Shown: piece by piece, positions 9,905 to 18,656 of the stretch
Position numbering within the stretch: the stretch's first letter is position 1
Layout of the letters: every line of letters begins with the position of its first letter
Origin: a virus
Lineage: Duplodnaviria > Heunggongvirae > Uroviricota > Caudoviricetes
Virus record (IMG/VR): IMGVR_UViG_2513237251_000001
Length of the DNA stretch: 27,257 nucleotides
Direction: 5' to 3' (one strand)
Translations under genes and position numbers: made by a program
The notes under the pieces: model-generated
What the model saw: only the letters and a program-made list of their open reading frames with translations
Database searches by the model: none
What the model was told of the DNA's origin: nothing

Positions 9905-10486
9905 CTTTATCAATGACTTATCTCCCGACTTCCCGTCTTGCTTTTCCTAAACAGAACAATCGTAGAATATTCTTGAAGGGTTAGATCGTCACTGTTTTCT
10001 GTTCGATACTGTGACATTCAGCACTTGATTCGCTATGGATCTGACAGGAAGGTTTTGAGCGAAAATCTGCAGTTATTCAGTCGTTTTCTTATCGGTCACC
10101 ATTATTCTTTTAGACATTGATCCTACAAAGCTGCCGCAAAGTTGGTGGTGGGAACTGAAGTTGCGTAGAGAAGGGGTCAATACCCGGAGGCAAACATGGG
10201 CTGGCAAAAGTGTAGCGGTATTAGGCGCAGCTATTTAGCCTAGTTATGTTTTATGAAAACTTGATATCATATAAGTGTCTTACTTATTGGCTGTAAATAA
10301 GTTTTTCCTAAGGAATTGTTTCTTGAGTATCATTTGTAACTGTAACGGAATTTATAATCCTTTGCTTTATTGTTACGGTATTTTTTATCACACCCTATTT
10401 TTAGTGGTTTTTTATACTGAAGTTTGGCAAAGTGAACTTTATATACATATACTTCATCCTGGTTTCAGTTAAATTGGGGGGATGAT

Positions 10487-11230
10487 ATGGCAACTACATG
10501 TTCAGTTATATTGATTTTGGAGTCCTTTGATGTTTATTTCGGAAAAGAGAGTGTGTTTCTGGAGAGAGGTTCATCTGTACTTGTCGACTCTAGCTCTAGA
10601 GATTTTTTCCTGACATATCCTGAAAGAGTGATAGTGGCGGATTTTGGCGCTGAGTTTATTAGTCGCTATTTGAAAGCTAATAACTTAAGGGATATTTCTG
10701 ATTGTAGGGAATATCCATCTTATTTAAAAATAAACTTTGCTGACTTCAGTTTAATTAAAGGATTAATTAGTTGGGCTAATCACTGTGCTGAATACATAGA
10801 AATTTTTGATGAGTCTATTGCTTTTACATGTCTCTCTGCATTTTCTTCTGAAAAACAATTTGGAGTATTTCTGTTTGGATGTTTGAAAAGCACAGGGGCT
10901 AAAGTTAAAACGATTATTCATACGGATTTATCTGCACCATGGCGTCTTAAGGATATATCATCAAGATTATATCTCAGCGAAAGTTTACTAAAGAGGAAAT
11001 TGAAAGAAGAGGGGGTATCATTCAGTAAGATCATACTTGATGAGAGGATGCAAATGGCTGAATATTTACTCAGCACTCGTTGTTATCCTATTAGTAAAGT
11101 AGCTAAGGTCTGTGGTTATGCCAGTGTCTCATACTTTACTTATGTATTTAGACGTTATTTTGGTGTTTCTCCAAGTCAATACTCTCAGAGGAGTTCAGAA
11201 AGTAAAATTCTTACTCACCAGGGAATCTGA
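10487..11230 (+). CDS. AraC/XylS-family transcriptional regulator (AppY/EnvY/Rns-like)
   Basis: 247-aa AT-rich ORF with a C-terminal double-HTH AraC signature (...WRLKDISSRLYLSESLLKRKLKEEGVSFSKIILDERMQMAEYLL...CGYASVSYFTYVFRRYFGVSPSQY); SD GGGGGGA upstream. Confidence 0.8.
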   Translation: MATTCSVILILESFDVYFGKESVFLERGSSVLVDSSSRDFFLTYPERVIVADFGAEFISRYLKANNLRDISDCREYPSYLKINFADFSLIKGLISWANHCAEYIEIFDESIAFTCLSAFSSEKQFGVFLFGCLKSTGAKVKTIIHTDLSAPWRLKDISSRLYLSESLLKRKLKEEGVSFSKIILDERMQMAEYLLSTRCYPISKVAKVCGYASVSYFTYVFRRYFGVSPSQYSQRSSESKILTHQGI

Positions 11231-11271
11231 TCATTGTTCTTGCCCCCTTATTTCCAGACAGGGGGGGTATC

Positions 11272-11637
11272 TTAAGTTAACGTTACCCGCTGACGTCGAT
11301 ATTCTCGCGGAGAGCGATAACCCAACGCACTGTGCGGATGGTTTTCATTGTAATGTTCGATCGCCACTGCAAGATTATGCAATGCCGTTCTTACATTCGG
11401 TTTCGGCATGAACGCGATGTAGTCTTCCTTCATCGTTTTCACGAACCTTTCTGCAATTCCATTACTCTGAGGACTGCTGATTGCCGTTGTGCAGGGCTCC
11501 AGATTCAACTCTCTGGCGAACTGCCGTGTTTCATGCGCTCTATACGCTGAACCGTTATCTGTCAGCCACTGGATGGACTGTTCCGGTACTTTATCGCCAA
11601 AGCGTTTTTCTATCGCTCCTAACATGACATCCTGCAC
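11272..11637 (-). pseudogene. IS3-family (IS2-group) transposase OrfB, C-terminal fragment
   Basis: 121-aa ORF with [25 protein letters not shown]...[19 protein letters not shown]...[14 protein letters not shown], the DDE catalytic C-terminus of IS2 InsD-like transposases; no cognate orfA or N-terminal part. Confidence 0.7.
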
Positions 11638-11984
11638 TGTCGCTTTATCGTAACCTCCCGTGCTTGCGGCCCAGTCTATGGCTTCACGATCGCAACAGTC
11701 CAGGGCGATTCATCTGGGCCAATCCTTGCTCATAACAGGCATTCACTTCAGTCATGGCAGAAAGGTATGCATGCTGGAGAAGTCGTGAAAGAAAAGAAGA
11801 CTGCTGCGCCGTTTGTCGTCACGTTTATCTTCATTGGCTATGCAAGTCGTAATACAAGGTGGGACAAAACTGAGACACATAAGGCCTCGCAATGGCTTGC
11901 AAGGCTTTACATGTTTTGATGTGGTGGGACGTGTGAGCGCAGTGTTGATGGGGTAATGCTTTGAATTAGAAGCGGATTCTTATA

Positions 11985-12030
11985 ATTCGTAATGCGAAGG
12001 TCGTAGGTTCGACTCCTATTATCGGCACCA
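11985..12030 (+). repeat. 46-bp direct repeat of the thrW 3' end (att core, distal junction of the first element)
   Basis: ATTCGTAATGCGAAGGTCGTAGGTTCGACTCCTATTATCGGCACCA is identical to thrW positions 1399-1444; the flank after CCA differs from that at 1445. Confidence 0.85.
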
Positions 12031-12529
12031 TCTCAACTTCCTCAAACGTCCGTATTAGTCCATAAAATCTCTGATTTATAACATTTTTTATTCTTTTAAG
12101 TCCATAGTAGTCCGTAACCATCCAGTAGAATCCGGTACTGAATGTGTATAGGATTGTGTATATGTTCCTGTTCGGTCTGGATTCCTATACACATGCCTTT
12201 AAACGATATGCAGATTCGCCGCGCTAAGCCTGAAGCTAAAGCCTATACATTTGGAGATGGGCTAGGGTTGTCATTACTTATAGAACCTAATGGAAGCAAG
12301 AGTTGGCGGTTCCGCTATCGCTATGCCGGCAAACCCAAAATGATCTCGCTTGGTGTTTACCCAACGATCACCCTTGCCGATGCTCGTTCCCGTCGTGATG
12401 AAGCTCGAAAACTTGTGGCAGAAGGAAAGAACCCTAGTGAGGTTCGAAAAGAGCAAAAGCTAGCTATGCAAACAGTGAACCGCCCCGGAAATCCTGGAGA
12501 CTAAACTCCCTGAGAAAGAGGTAAACAGG

Positions 12530-12856
12530 ATGACTAAAAATACTCGTTTTTCCCCCGAAGTCCGTCAGCGGGCGATTCGTATGGTTCTGGAAAGTCAGGA
12601 TGAATATGACTCACAGTGGGCGGCAATTTGTTCCATTGCCCCAAAGATTGGCTGTACGCCGGAGACTCTGCGTGTCTGGGTTCGCCAGCATGAGCGGGAT
12701 ACCGGGGGCGGTGATGGTGGGCTCACCAGCGCTGAACGTCAGCGTCTGAAAGAGCTGGAACGTGAAAATCGTGAACTGCGCCGCAGTAACGATATCCTTC
12801 GCCAGGCTTCCGCTTATTTTGCGAAGGCGGAGTTCGACCGCCTCTGGAAAAAATGA
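12530..12856 (+). CDS. IS3-family transposase OrfA (HTH)
   Basis: 108-aa [26 protein letters not shown]... with a leucine-zipper-like C-terminus; matches IS629/IS1203 OrfA as I remember it. Confidence 0.85.
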   Translation: MTKNTRFSPEVRQRAIRMVLESQDEYDSQWAAICSIAPKIGCTPETLRVWVRQHERDTGGGDGGLTSAERQRLKELERENRELRRSNDILRQASAYFAKAEFDRLWKK

Positions 12857-13743
12857 TGCCACTGCTGGATAAGCTGCGTGAGCAGTACGGGGTCGGACCG
12901 GTATGCAGCGAACTGCATATTGCCCCGTCAACGTATTACCATTGTCAGCAACAGCGACATCATCCGGATAAACGCAGTGCCCGTGCGCAGCACGACGACT
13001 GGCTGAAGAGAGAGATACAGCGCGTATACGATGAAAATCATCAGGTGTACGGTGTGCGTAAAGTCTGGCGTCAGTTGTTACGGGAAGGAATCAGGGTGGC
13101 CAGATGTACAGTGGCACGTCTCATGGCGGTTATGGGACTTGCCGGTGTTCTCCGGGGTAAAAAGGTCCGTACGACCATCAGCCGGAAAGCCGTTGCCGCA
13201 GGCGACCGCGTAAACCGTCAGTTCGTGGCAGAACGACCTGACCAGCTGTGGGTGGCTGATTTTACTTACGTCAGCACATGGCAGGGCTTCGTCTATGTGG
13301 CGTTTATCATTGATGTGTTTGCCGGATACATCGTGGGGTGGCGGGTCTCATCGTCTATGGAAACGACATTCGTGCTGGATGCGCTGGAGCAGGCGTTGTG
13401 GGCCCGTCGTCCGTCTGGCACCATCCATCACAGCGATAAAGGCTCTCAGTATGTGTCACTAGCCTATACGGAGCGACTAAAAGAAGCCGGATTACTGGCA
13501 TCAACAGGGAGTACAGGCGACTCGTATGACAACGCGATGGCTGAGAGCATCAATGGTCTTTACAAAGCGGAGGTAATACACCGTAAGAGCTGGAAAAACC
13601 GTGCAGAAGTGGAACTGGCCACACTAACGTGGGTGGACTGGTATAACAATCGACGATTGCTGGGAAGGCTGGGCCATGCTCCTCCGGCAGAAGCAGAAAA
13701 AGCTTATTATGCTTCCATCGGAAACGATGATCTGGCAGCCTGA
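12853..13743 (+). CDS. IS3-family transposase OrfB (DDE integrase core)
   Basis: 296-aa ORF in the -1 frame relative to orfA, with ...WVADFTYV...[10 protein letters not shown]...[15 protein letters not shown]...; A6 run at the orfA/orfB overlap fits programmed -1 frameshifting. Confidence 0.85.
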   Translation: MMPLLDKLREQYGVGPVCSELHIAPSTYYHCQQQRHHPDKRSARAQHDDWLKREIQRVYDENHQVYGVRKVWRQLLREGIRVARCTVARLMAVMGLAGVLRGKKVRTTISRKAVAAGDRVNRQFVAERPDQLWVADFTYVSTWQGFVYVAFIIDVFAGYIVGWRVSSSMETTFVLDALEQALWARRPSGTIHHSDKGSQYVSLAYTERLKEAGLLASTGSTGDSYDNAMAESINGLYKAEVIHRKSWKNRAEVELATLTWVDWYNNRRLLGRLGHAPPAEAEKAYYASIGNDDLAA

Positions 13744-14692
13744 GTTCACAGATAAAACACTCTCCAGGAAACCCGGGGCGGTTCAAACAGAGTCAGAGAA
13801 CGCCTTCGAAAAGATAGCCAGAGAGTGGCATCAACTTAAATCTGCTAAATGGTCGGCGGGATATGCATCAGACATCATGGAAGCGTTTAAGAACGACATT
13901 TTTCCTTATGTCGGAACAAGGCCTGTGGGAGAGATTAAACCGCTAGAGCTGCTGAACGTTCTGCGTAAAATTGAGAAACGTGGTGCGTTGGAGAAAATGC
14001 GCAAAGTGCGGCAGCGTTGCTCCGAAGTGTTTCGCTACGCAATTGCAACGGGTAGGGCGGAGTACAATCCTGCGGCTGATCTCTCCAGCGCTCTCGAAGT
14101 ACACCAATCCAATCATTTCCCATTCCTAAAAGCTGATGAGATACCTGATTTTCTACGTGCCTTAGAGGGTTACTCCGGGAGTAAGCTTGTCCAGATAGCC
14201 ACGAAATTACTGATGATTACGGGTGTGAGAACCATCGAATTACGCGCGGCATTATGGCAAGAATTTGATCTGGATAACGCTATTTGGGAAATTCCTGCTG
14301 AAAGGATGAAAATGCGTAGGCCACATCTTGTGCCCTTATCATCTCAAGCGGTAGATTTACTCAATGAACTCAAGATCATGACAGGGAACTATCGTTATGT
14401 TTTTCCAGGGCGGAACGATCCGAATAGGCCAATGAGCGAAGCGAGTATAAATCAAGCCATTAAGCGTATTGGGTATGGAGGAAAAGTCACTGGACATGGT
14501 TTTCGTCATACCCTTTCTACAATCCTGCATGAGCAAGGTTTTGAGAGTGCTTGGATTGAAATCCAGTTGGCTCATGTAGATAAAAATTCTATTAGGGGGA
14601 CTTATAACCATGCTCAATATTTTAGTGGAAGGAAGTCTATGATGGACTGGTACAGTAATTTGATATTTGAAAGACTAAAAAGGAGTTAATTT

Positions 14693-15109
14693 GTGTCTCA
14701 ACCACTTTCGGAAATATTGACATGGGATGATGAACAATGGGAGGTATTTGTCCATGATTGGCTTATTGTCTGTAAATCAGATGATTACCCGTGGAGCGAA
14801 CGTTTGGGAGGAGCTGGAGATAAAGGTAGAGACGTTGTTGGATATAAATCGGATCCTAACGTAGAAGGTTATTCTTGGGATAATTATCAATGCAAACTGT
14901 ACAAAAAAAGTTTAGGGTTCTCTGATGTTGTAGTTGAGTTTGGAAAACTTATCTATTTTACTCTGAATGGTGATTATCCCATCCCTCAGAAGTACTTTTT
15001 TGTGGCACCCTATGATTTATCTACTACATTTTCTAATTTATTGAAAAATAAAAACGAGCTTAAAAAAGCAGTCCTTGATTCATGGGATTCAGCAATTTCA
15101 AAAAAATAA
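14693..15109 (+). CDS. Mrr-like (PD-(D/E)xK type) restriction-endonuclease-domain protein; possible N-terminal part of a Lamassu LmuA-like effector
   Basis: 138-aa ORF, GTG start 7 nt after AGGAG, 3 bp after the integrase stop; motifs GGAGDKGRDVVGY and YQCKLYKK match the Mrr catalytic signature (D-G-x-D ... Q-x-K); ends inside an A7 tract. Confidence 0.55.
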   Translation: MSQPLSEILTWDDEQWEVFVHDWLIVCKSDDYPWSERLGGAGDKGRDVVGYKSDPNVEGYSWDNYQCKLYKKSLGFSDVVVEFGKLIYFTLNGDYPIPQKYFFVAPYDLSTTFSNLLKNKNELKKAVLDSWDSAISKK

Positions 15110-15699
15110 CTAAAAAGATTGATATTCCATTAGATGATGAAATAAAAAAATATATTGAGGATTTTGATTTTAGTATTTTTTACTCTCTACCCTTATCATT
15201 GATTTTAAATGATATTGCAAATACACACCTTTATTTTAAGTACTTTAACGAGCTGTATGTCGTGAGAATCCCTCCAAATGAAATTCCAACATACAATTCA
15301 AAAAAAGAGTCTGTATATGTTAATGCACTGCTTCAAGCCTATTCAGAGCATGGAAATAAAACTTATAGTTCTTTCTTAGAGCTTGATGATCCATACAGAC
15401 GACACTTTAATAATAGTAGAAATGATTTTTATTTTGCATCTTCGCTTGAGGTTTTTGTCCGCGAAGTATTTAAAGATGATGTATTCAAAGCATTGAAATG
15501 TTACATTTCATCTTCAATTGAACCCGTCTTTTATGAAGACCATAATTATGCATTTATTAGGTGTAATGCAGTCTTGAAGCAGGCTGTTCTGACACCAATT
15601 GCACATTCAGTACTATCAAAAATATGTGAAGCAAATGATAAAAAAGGAATATGCCATCATTTGGTTAATGATGGTGAAGTAATTTGGACGGTGAGATAA
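15082..15699 (+). CDS. hypothetical protein; would be the C-terminal part of the preceding ORF after a 1-nt shift in the A7 tract
   Basis: 205-aa AT-rich ORF overlapping the previous ORF by 28 nt in another frame; one extra A in 15095-15101 fuses the two into a ~335-aa protein. Confidence 0.5.
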   Translation: MGFSNFKKITKKIDIPLDDEIKKYIEDFDFSIFYSLPLSLILNDIANTHLYFKYFNELYVVRIPPNEIPTYNSKKESVYVNALLQAYSEHGNKTYSSFLELDDPYRRHFNNSRNDFYFASSLEVFVREVFKDDVFKALKCYISSSIEPVFYEDHNYAFIRCNAVLKQAVLTPIAHSVLSKICEANDKKGICHHLVNDGEVIWTVR

Positions 15700-16157
15700 T
15701 GGTTAGAATTTATAATTCAAGTTTAGAAGTGGCATGTCGAATGGCGAAAGTGCTCGTCGCTATTTATCCTTCTTCATTAAGCCTTGAACGGCTTATTTGT
15801 TTTGATTTTATTTTAGTAAATCTTAAGGATTTTTTACCTGAAGAGATTAGTCTTCATCCTCCAATACCCCGTAGAGATGCTCAGTTAGCCCTAAAACGAG
15901 AGATTGTTTTAGAATCATTGGCTTTGTTGCAAGGCTATGAACTAGCCTCAAAAATTTATACACATCGTGGTTTTGTATATAAAGCTTCTGAAAAAACATA
16001 TGCATTTACAAATTCTCTACATAATGAATATGTTGCGCAGATGGAGCATAATATAAATTTGGTGGTTAAGTTATATAGTGATATTCCTGATGAGCAGTTG
16101 CAATCAATTATAAAAAATAAAATTGGCAAATATGATATGGAATTTAATTATGAATGA
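15699..16157 (+). CDS. small hypothetical protein (LmuC/middle-component-like position)
   Basis: 152-aa ORF whose ATG overlaps the upstream stop (TAATG) and whose stop overlaps the next ATG (ATGAATGA), indicating translational coupling. Confidence 0.5.
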   Translation: MVRIYNSSLEVACRMAKVLVAIYPSSLSLERLICFDFILVNLKDFLPEEISLHPPIPRRDAQLALKREIVLESLALLQGYELASKIYTHRGFVYKASEKTYAFTNSLHNEYVAQMEHNINLVVKLYSDIPDEQLQSIIKNKIGKYDMEFNYE

Positions 16158-16782
16158 CAATTTTTTTACGTTCAGAAAAATAAAGGTAACCGGATTCAAT
16201 AAATTAGATGCTATAATTGAATTTGGTTCTAAATTGACTATTTTATATGGTGGTTCTGACTCTGGAAAAACATACATATATTATTTGATTCGATATTTAT
16301 TAGGGAGTGAAAAACTAAAAAATAAAGATATCGATCATGCTCAAGGTTATGATTTAGCCTATCTGGAATTTAATTTTCAAGGTAGGGTAATGACAATTGA
16401 GAGGTCTCTTCAGGATAGCGCCCATTACAGATTATATGATTCGAGCATTGAAAATGTTAGTGAAGCTAATCTGTTGATGGTTTTTTCCAAAAGTGCTTCG
16501 TCTAAAAAGAGTTTTTCATCATACTTTTATGGTAGGTTGAATTTCAAAGAGGCTAAAGTAAGAACAAACTTAAGTAATACTCTTCATAAATTTAATCTTA
16601 ATAATGTTTTTGAATTTTTTTGTATTGATGAATTAAGAGTGTTAACTGAGAAGTCGTTAATTCTTTCTGATATTCCTAGCGAGGAGACAAAAAGAAAGTC
16701 TGAATTTAAATTCCTTTTAACTCAGAGAGATGATACTAACTCCTTAGCAGAAAAACCAAATAAAAAAGCAAGATATTTTTAA
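16150..16782 (+). CDS. SMC/ABC-type ATPase, N-terminal Walker A segment (LmuB-like), ending at an in-frame TAA
   Basis: MNDNFFTFRKIKVTGFNKLDAIIEFGSKLTILYGGSDSGKTYIY has the RecF/RecN/SMC-like N-terminal layout with P-loop GGSDSGKT; the frame stays open after the TAA at 16780-16782. Confidence 0.55.
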   Translation: MNDNFFTFRKIKVTGFNKLDAIIEFGSKLTILYGGSDSGKTYIYYLIRYLLGSEKLKNKDIDHAQGYDLAYLEFNFQGRVMTIERSLQDSAHYRLYDSSIENVSEANLLMVFSKSASSKKSFSSYFYGRLNFKEAKVRTNLSNTLHKFNLNNVFEFFCIDELRVLTEKSLILSDIPSEETKRKSEFKFLLTQRDDTNSLAEKPNKKARYF

Positions 16783-16812
16783 AAAAATCAAATTGCAAAT
16801 ATTTATGAGGAA

Positions 16813-17403
16813 TTGAAAGCGCAATTAATTTATCCTGAATATGATCAAGTCATTGTTTCAAGAGAACTTGAGAAAGTAGAGCAAGATATTGAATCATCGA
16901 AAGATATATTGAAAGGTATTGTTGATGCACTTGATGATAAGAAGCAATTATTAAAAGAGTTAAGTGATGAATTATATTCAATCAGTGACAGGGAAAAATA
17001 CTTATCATTACTCATTGAAAGATTTAGTCTTCTTAAAGACCAATACTTTATAGATCTACAAAGAATAGATGTTGTATCACAGGCGAATTTCTATTTAAAT
17101 AATTTTGCAGATATTTATTGTGAGTTCTGTAATACACCGCAAAAAAAAGAAAATGAAATATCATATGATGATTGTTTTTTGTCGTGTAATGCAGAAAAAT
17201 TGAAAATCAAAAGCCAGCTGAAAGGATTAATTGAATCAATCGGATCTAATGTTCGCGAACATGAATTAATTATGTTAAGAAAAAATGATGTTAATGAAAT
17301 TTATCAATCAGAAAAAAGTGATTTTAAGACGTTAGAAGATAAAAATATAAAACAATACATTCATCTCTTGAATCACTTTATGAATATAAAGACAATCTTT
17401 TAA
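16813..17403 (+). CDS. coiled-coil segment of the same SMC/ABC-type ATPase (same frame as the preceding ORF)
   Basis: 196-aa ORF in the same frame as 16150..16782, separated only by the single TAA; E/K/L-rich heptad-like sequence as in SMC/Rad50 coiled-coil inserts; the annotated start is a TTG. Confidence 0.5.
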   Translation: MKAQLIYPEYDQVIVSRELEKVEQDIESSKDILKGIVDALDDKKQLLKELSDELYSISDREKYLSLLIERFSLLKDQYFIDLQRIDVVSQANFYLNNFADIYCEFCNTPQKKENEISYDDCFLSCNAEKLKIKSQLKGLIESIGSNVREHELIMLRKNDVNEIYQSEKSDFKTLEDKNIKQYIHLLNHFMNIKTIF

Positions 17404-17969
17404 TGGATCACACAAAACATAGCATTCTATCTTCATTACAAGATAAAGAAGATGATGTTGACGAACTTAAATACTCCGCCGAGGACTTTGACTCCTTAAC
17501 AGTAGCTGATTTGTATGATATAGAAATAGCGATGCAAGACTTTTTGAATGATATAAATTTTGAAAATTCTAAAGATAACAAAGTGCGATTTGACGAAGAT
17601 ACATATGACTTTAATATCAATGGGAAACGCCGAGGAATGTTTGGTAAAGGTACCCGTGCAGTAATGCATGCTATATTTACCATTTGCTTTGCGGAATTTT
17701 TATCAAGAAAAGGGAATCCATTCATTGGATTTGTTGTGCTTGATAGTCCATTAGTGACGCACTTTGATAAAGATAGAGGGGGTTCTCTATCGGATGTTAA
17801 TAGCGTCAGTCTCAGTGATTCATTTTATCACGCATTAATCAAAAGGGACTATAATTTCCAGATTGTAATTCTTGAGAATAAAGGTCCGACGTTCCAAATA
17901 AAAATTAATGATGCAAATAAAATCCATAACTTAAATAAGAATGGAAGCTCTGGTTTTTATCCTGTTTAA
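17403..17969 (+). CDS. C-terminal segment of SMC/ABC-type ATPase (Walker B-like FIGFVVLDSP)
   Basis: 188-aa ORF with ATG overlapping the previous stop (TAATG); GMFGKGTRAVMHAIFTICFAEF followed by FIGFVVLDSPLVTHFD resembles a signature/Walker B/H-loop region; the frame is open upstream to 17343. Confidence 0.5.
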   Translation: MDHTKHSILSSLQDKEDDVDELKYSAEDFDSLTVADLYDIEIAMQDFLNDINFENSKDNKVRFDEDTYDFNINGKRRGMFGKGTRAVMHAIFTICFAEFLSRKGNPFIGFVVLDSPLVTHFDKDRGGSLSDVNSVSLSDSFYHALIKRDYNFQIVILENKGPTFQIKINDANKIHNLNKNGSSGFYPV

Positions 17970-18378
17970 TACATTAAAAATATAACTGCTAATTGGGGTG
18001 CTCGAAATTATATTTCGTTTCGAGCGCTCAGTTCATTTCTAAATAATTTGCAAAATTATTTTGGGTACTTTCGCCTCTACACTTCCTTCGGGTGGTTCCA
18101 CAATAATGGATCTCACCGGCGTTTGATATTTTATAATCTAACCCCTTAGCGCGCGCAGCCCCCCACGCCTGCTCGCTTCGCTTAACAGACTGGTTTTCAT
18201 GCATTCCGCAAATCGTCTCAGAAGCCACCACACAAGGGCTTTCGCGTCAAAAATGGTGCATGAGAATCATGCGTTTTCATGCGCTATAGACATGCACTCA
18301 TGCGCTCTCAGGCCAGCCAGGGAAAAGGCGTAAAAAATCCCAGTACTGGACCGGGATTACGTGGGCTTTTTTTGCTAA

Positions 18379-18651
18379 TCAGACAGGAATTTGCTGACGG
18401 CTTGACAGCTTTGACGCGGAGCCATAGCGATTGAGAGTTTGCTGTTGTTTTTCCGGCATTTGTGCTTTCTCTGATTCCTGTTCATTGCGCCGGGGCTTCA
18501 TGATTATCGTATCCACACTTTCCAGTGCGGTAAATGTGTAGGAACATTCAAGATTCTGGCACTGATACCATGAGCGTTTAACCGATGGTGCTTCATAGGC
18601 GGAGGTTCTGGCGTGTGCCGTCGTACCGCATTCGGGACATTTAAGTGCCAT
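18379..18651 (-). CDS. Ogr/Delta-family zinc-finger late transcription activator
   Basis: 90-aa ORF MALKCPECGTTAHARTSAYEAPSVKRSWYQCQNLECSYTFTALESV with the C-x2-C...C-x4-C spacing and AHARTS/YQCQN motifs of P2 Ogr / P4 Delta. Confidence 0.85.
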   Translation of the reverse strand: MALKCPECGTTAHARTSAYEAPSVKRSWYQCQNLECSYTFTALESVDTIIMKPRRNEQESEKAQMPEKQQQTLNRYGSASKLSSRQQIPV

Positions 18652-18656
18652 TAATA

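Larger units (their letters stand above)
12476..13785 (+). mobile_element. IS3-family insertion sequence (IS629/IS1203-like), 1310 bp
   Basis: Ends TGAACCGCCCCGG...CCGGGGCGGTTCA (imperfect inverted repeats with TG/CA termini); orfA and orfB overlap with an A6 slippery run; flanked by direct AACAG repeats (12471-12475, 13786-13790). Confidence 0.85.
12193..14689 (+). pseudogene. P4-type tyrosine integrase interrupted by an IS3-family insertion
   Basis: N-terminal part MPLNDMQIRRAKPEAKAYTFGDGLGLSLLIEPNGSKSWRFRYRYAGKPKMISLGVYP... (12193..12475) and C-terminal part ...RKIEKRGALEKMRKVRQRCSEVFRYAIATG...HGFRHT...LAHV... (to 14689) are in frame once the 1310-bp IS and one copy of the AACAG repeat are removed. 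Confidence 0.85.

Noticed and set aside
10275-10472. 65-aa ORF just upstream of the AraC-family gene
   Set aside because: Lies in an extremely AT-rich, promoter-like leader; the translation is low complexity; more likely regulatory DNA than a gene.
12476-13785. Naming the insertion sequence exactly as IS629
   Set aside because: Length (1310 bp), end sequences and OrfA/OrfB match my recollection of IS629/IS1203, but without alignment I cannot exclude a close relative, so it is reported as IS629-like.
18028-18231. 67-aa minus-strand ORF in the non-coding region upstream of delta
   Set aside because: No start context; lies in a region better explained as cos or regulatory DNA.
17970-18378. Possible P2/P4-type cos site between the cargo cassette and delta
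   Set aside because: The nearest sequence (GCGAAGCGAGCAGGCGTGGGGGGCTGCGCGC on the minus strand at about 18150-18185) does not match the 19-nt P2/P4 cohesive end as I remember it; cannot be called without alignment.
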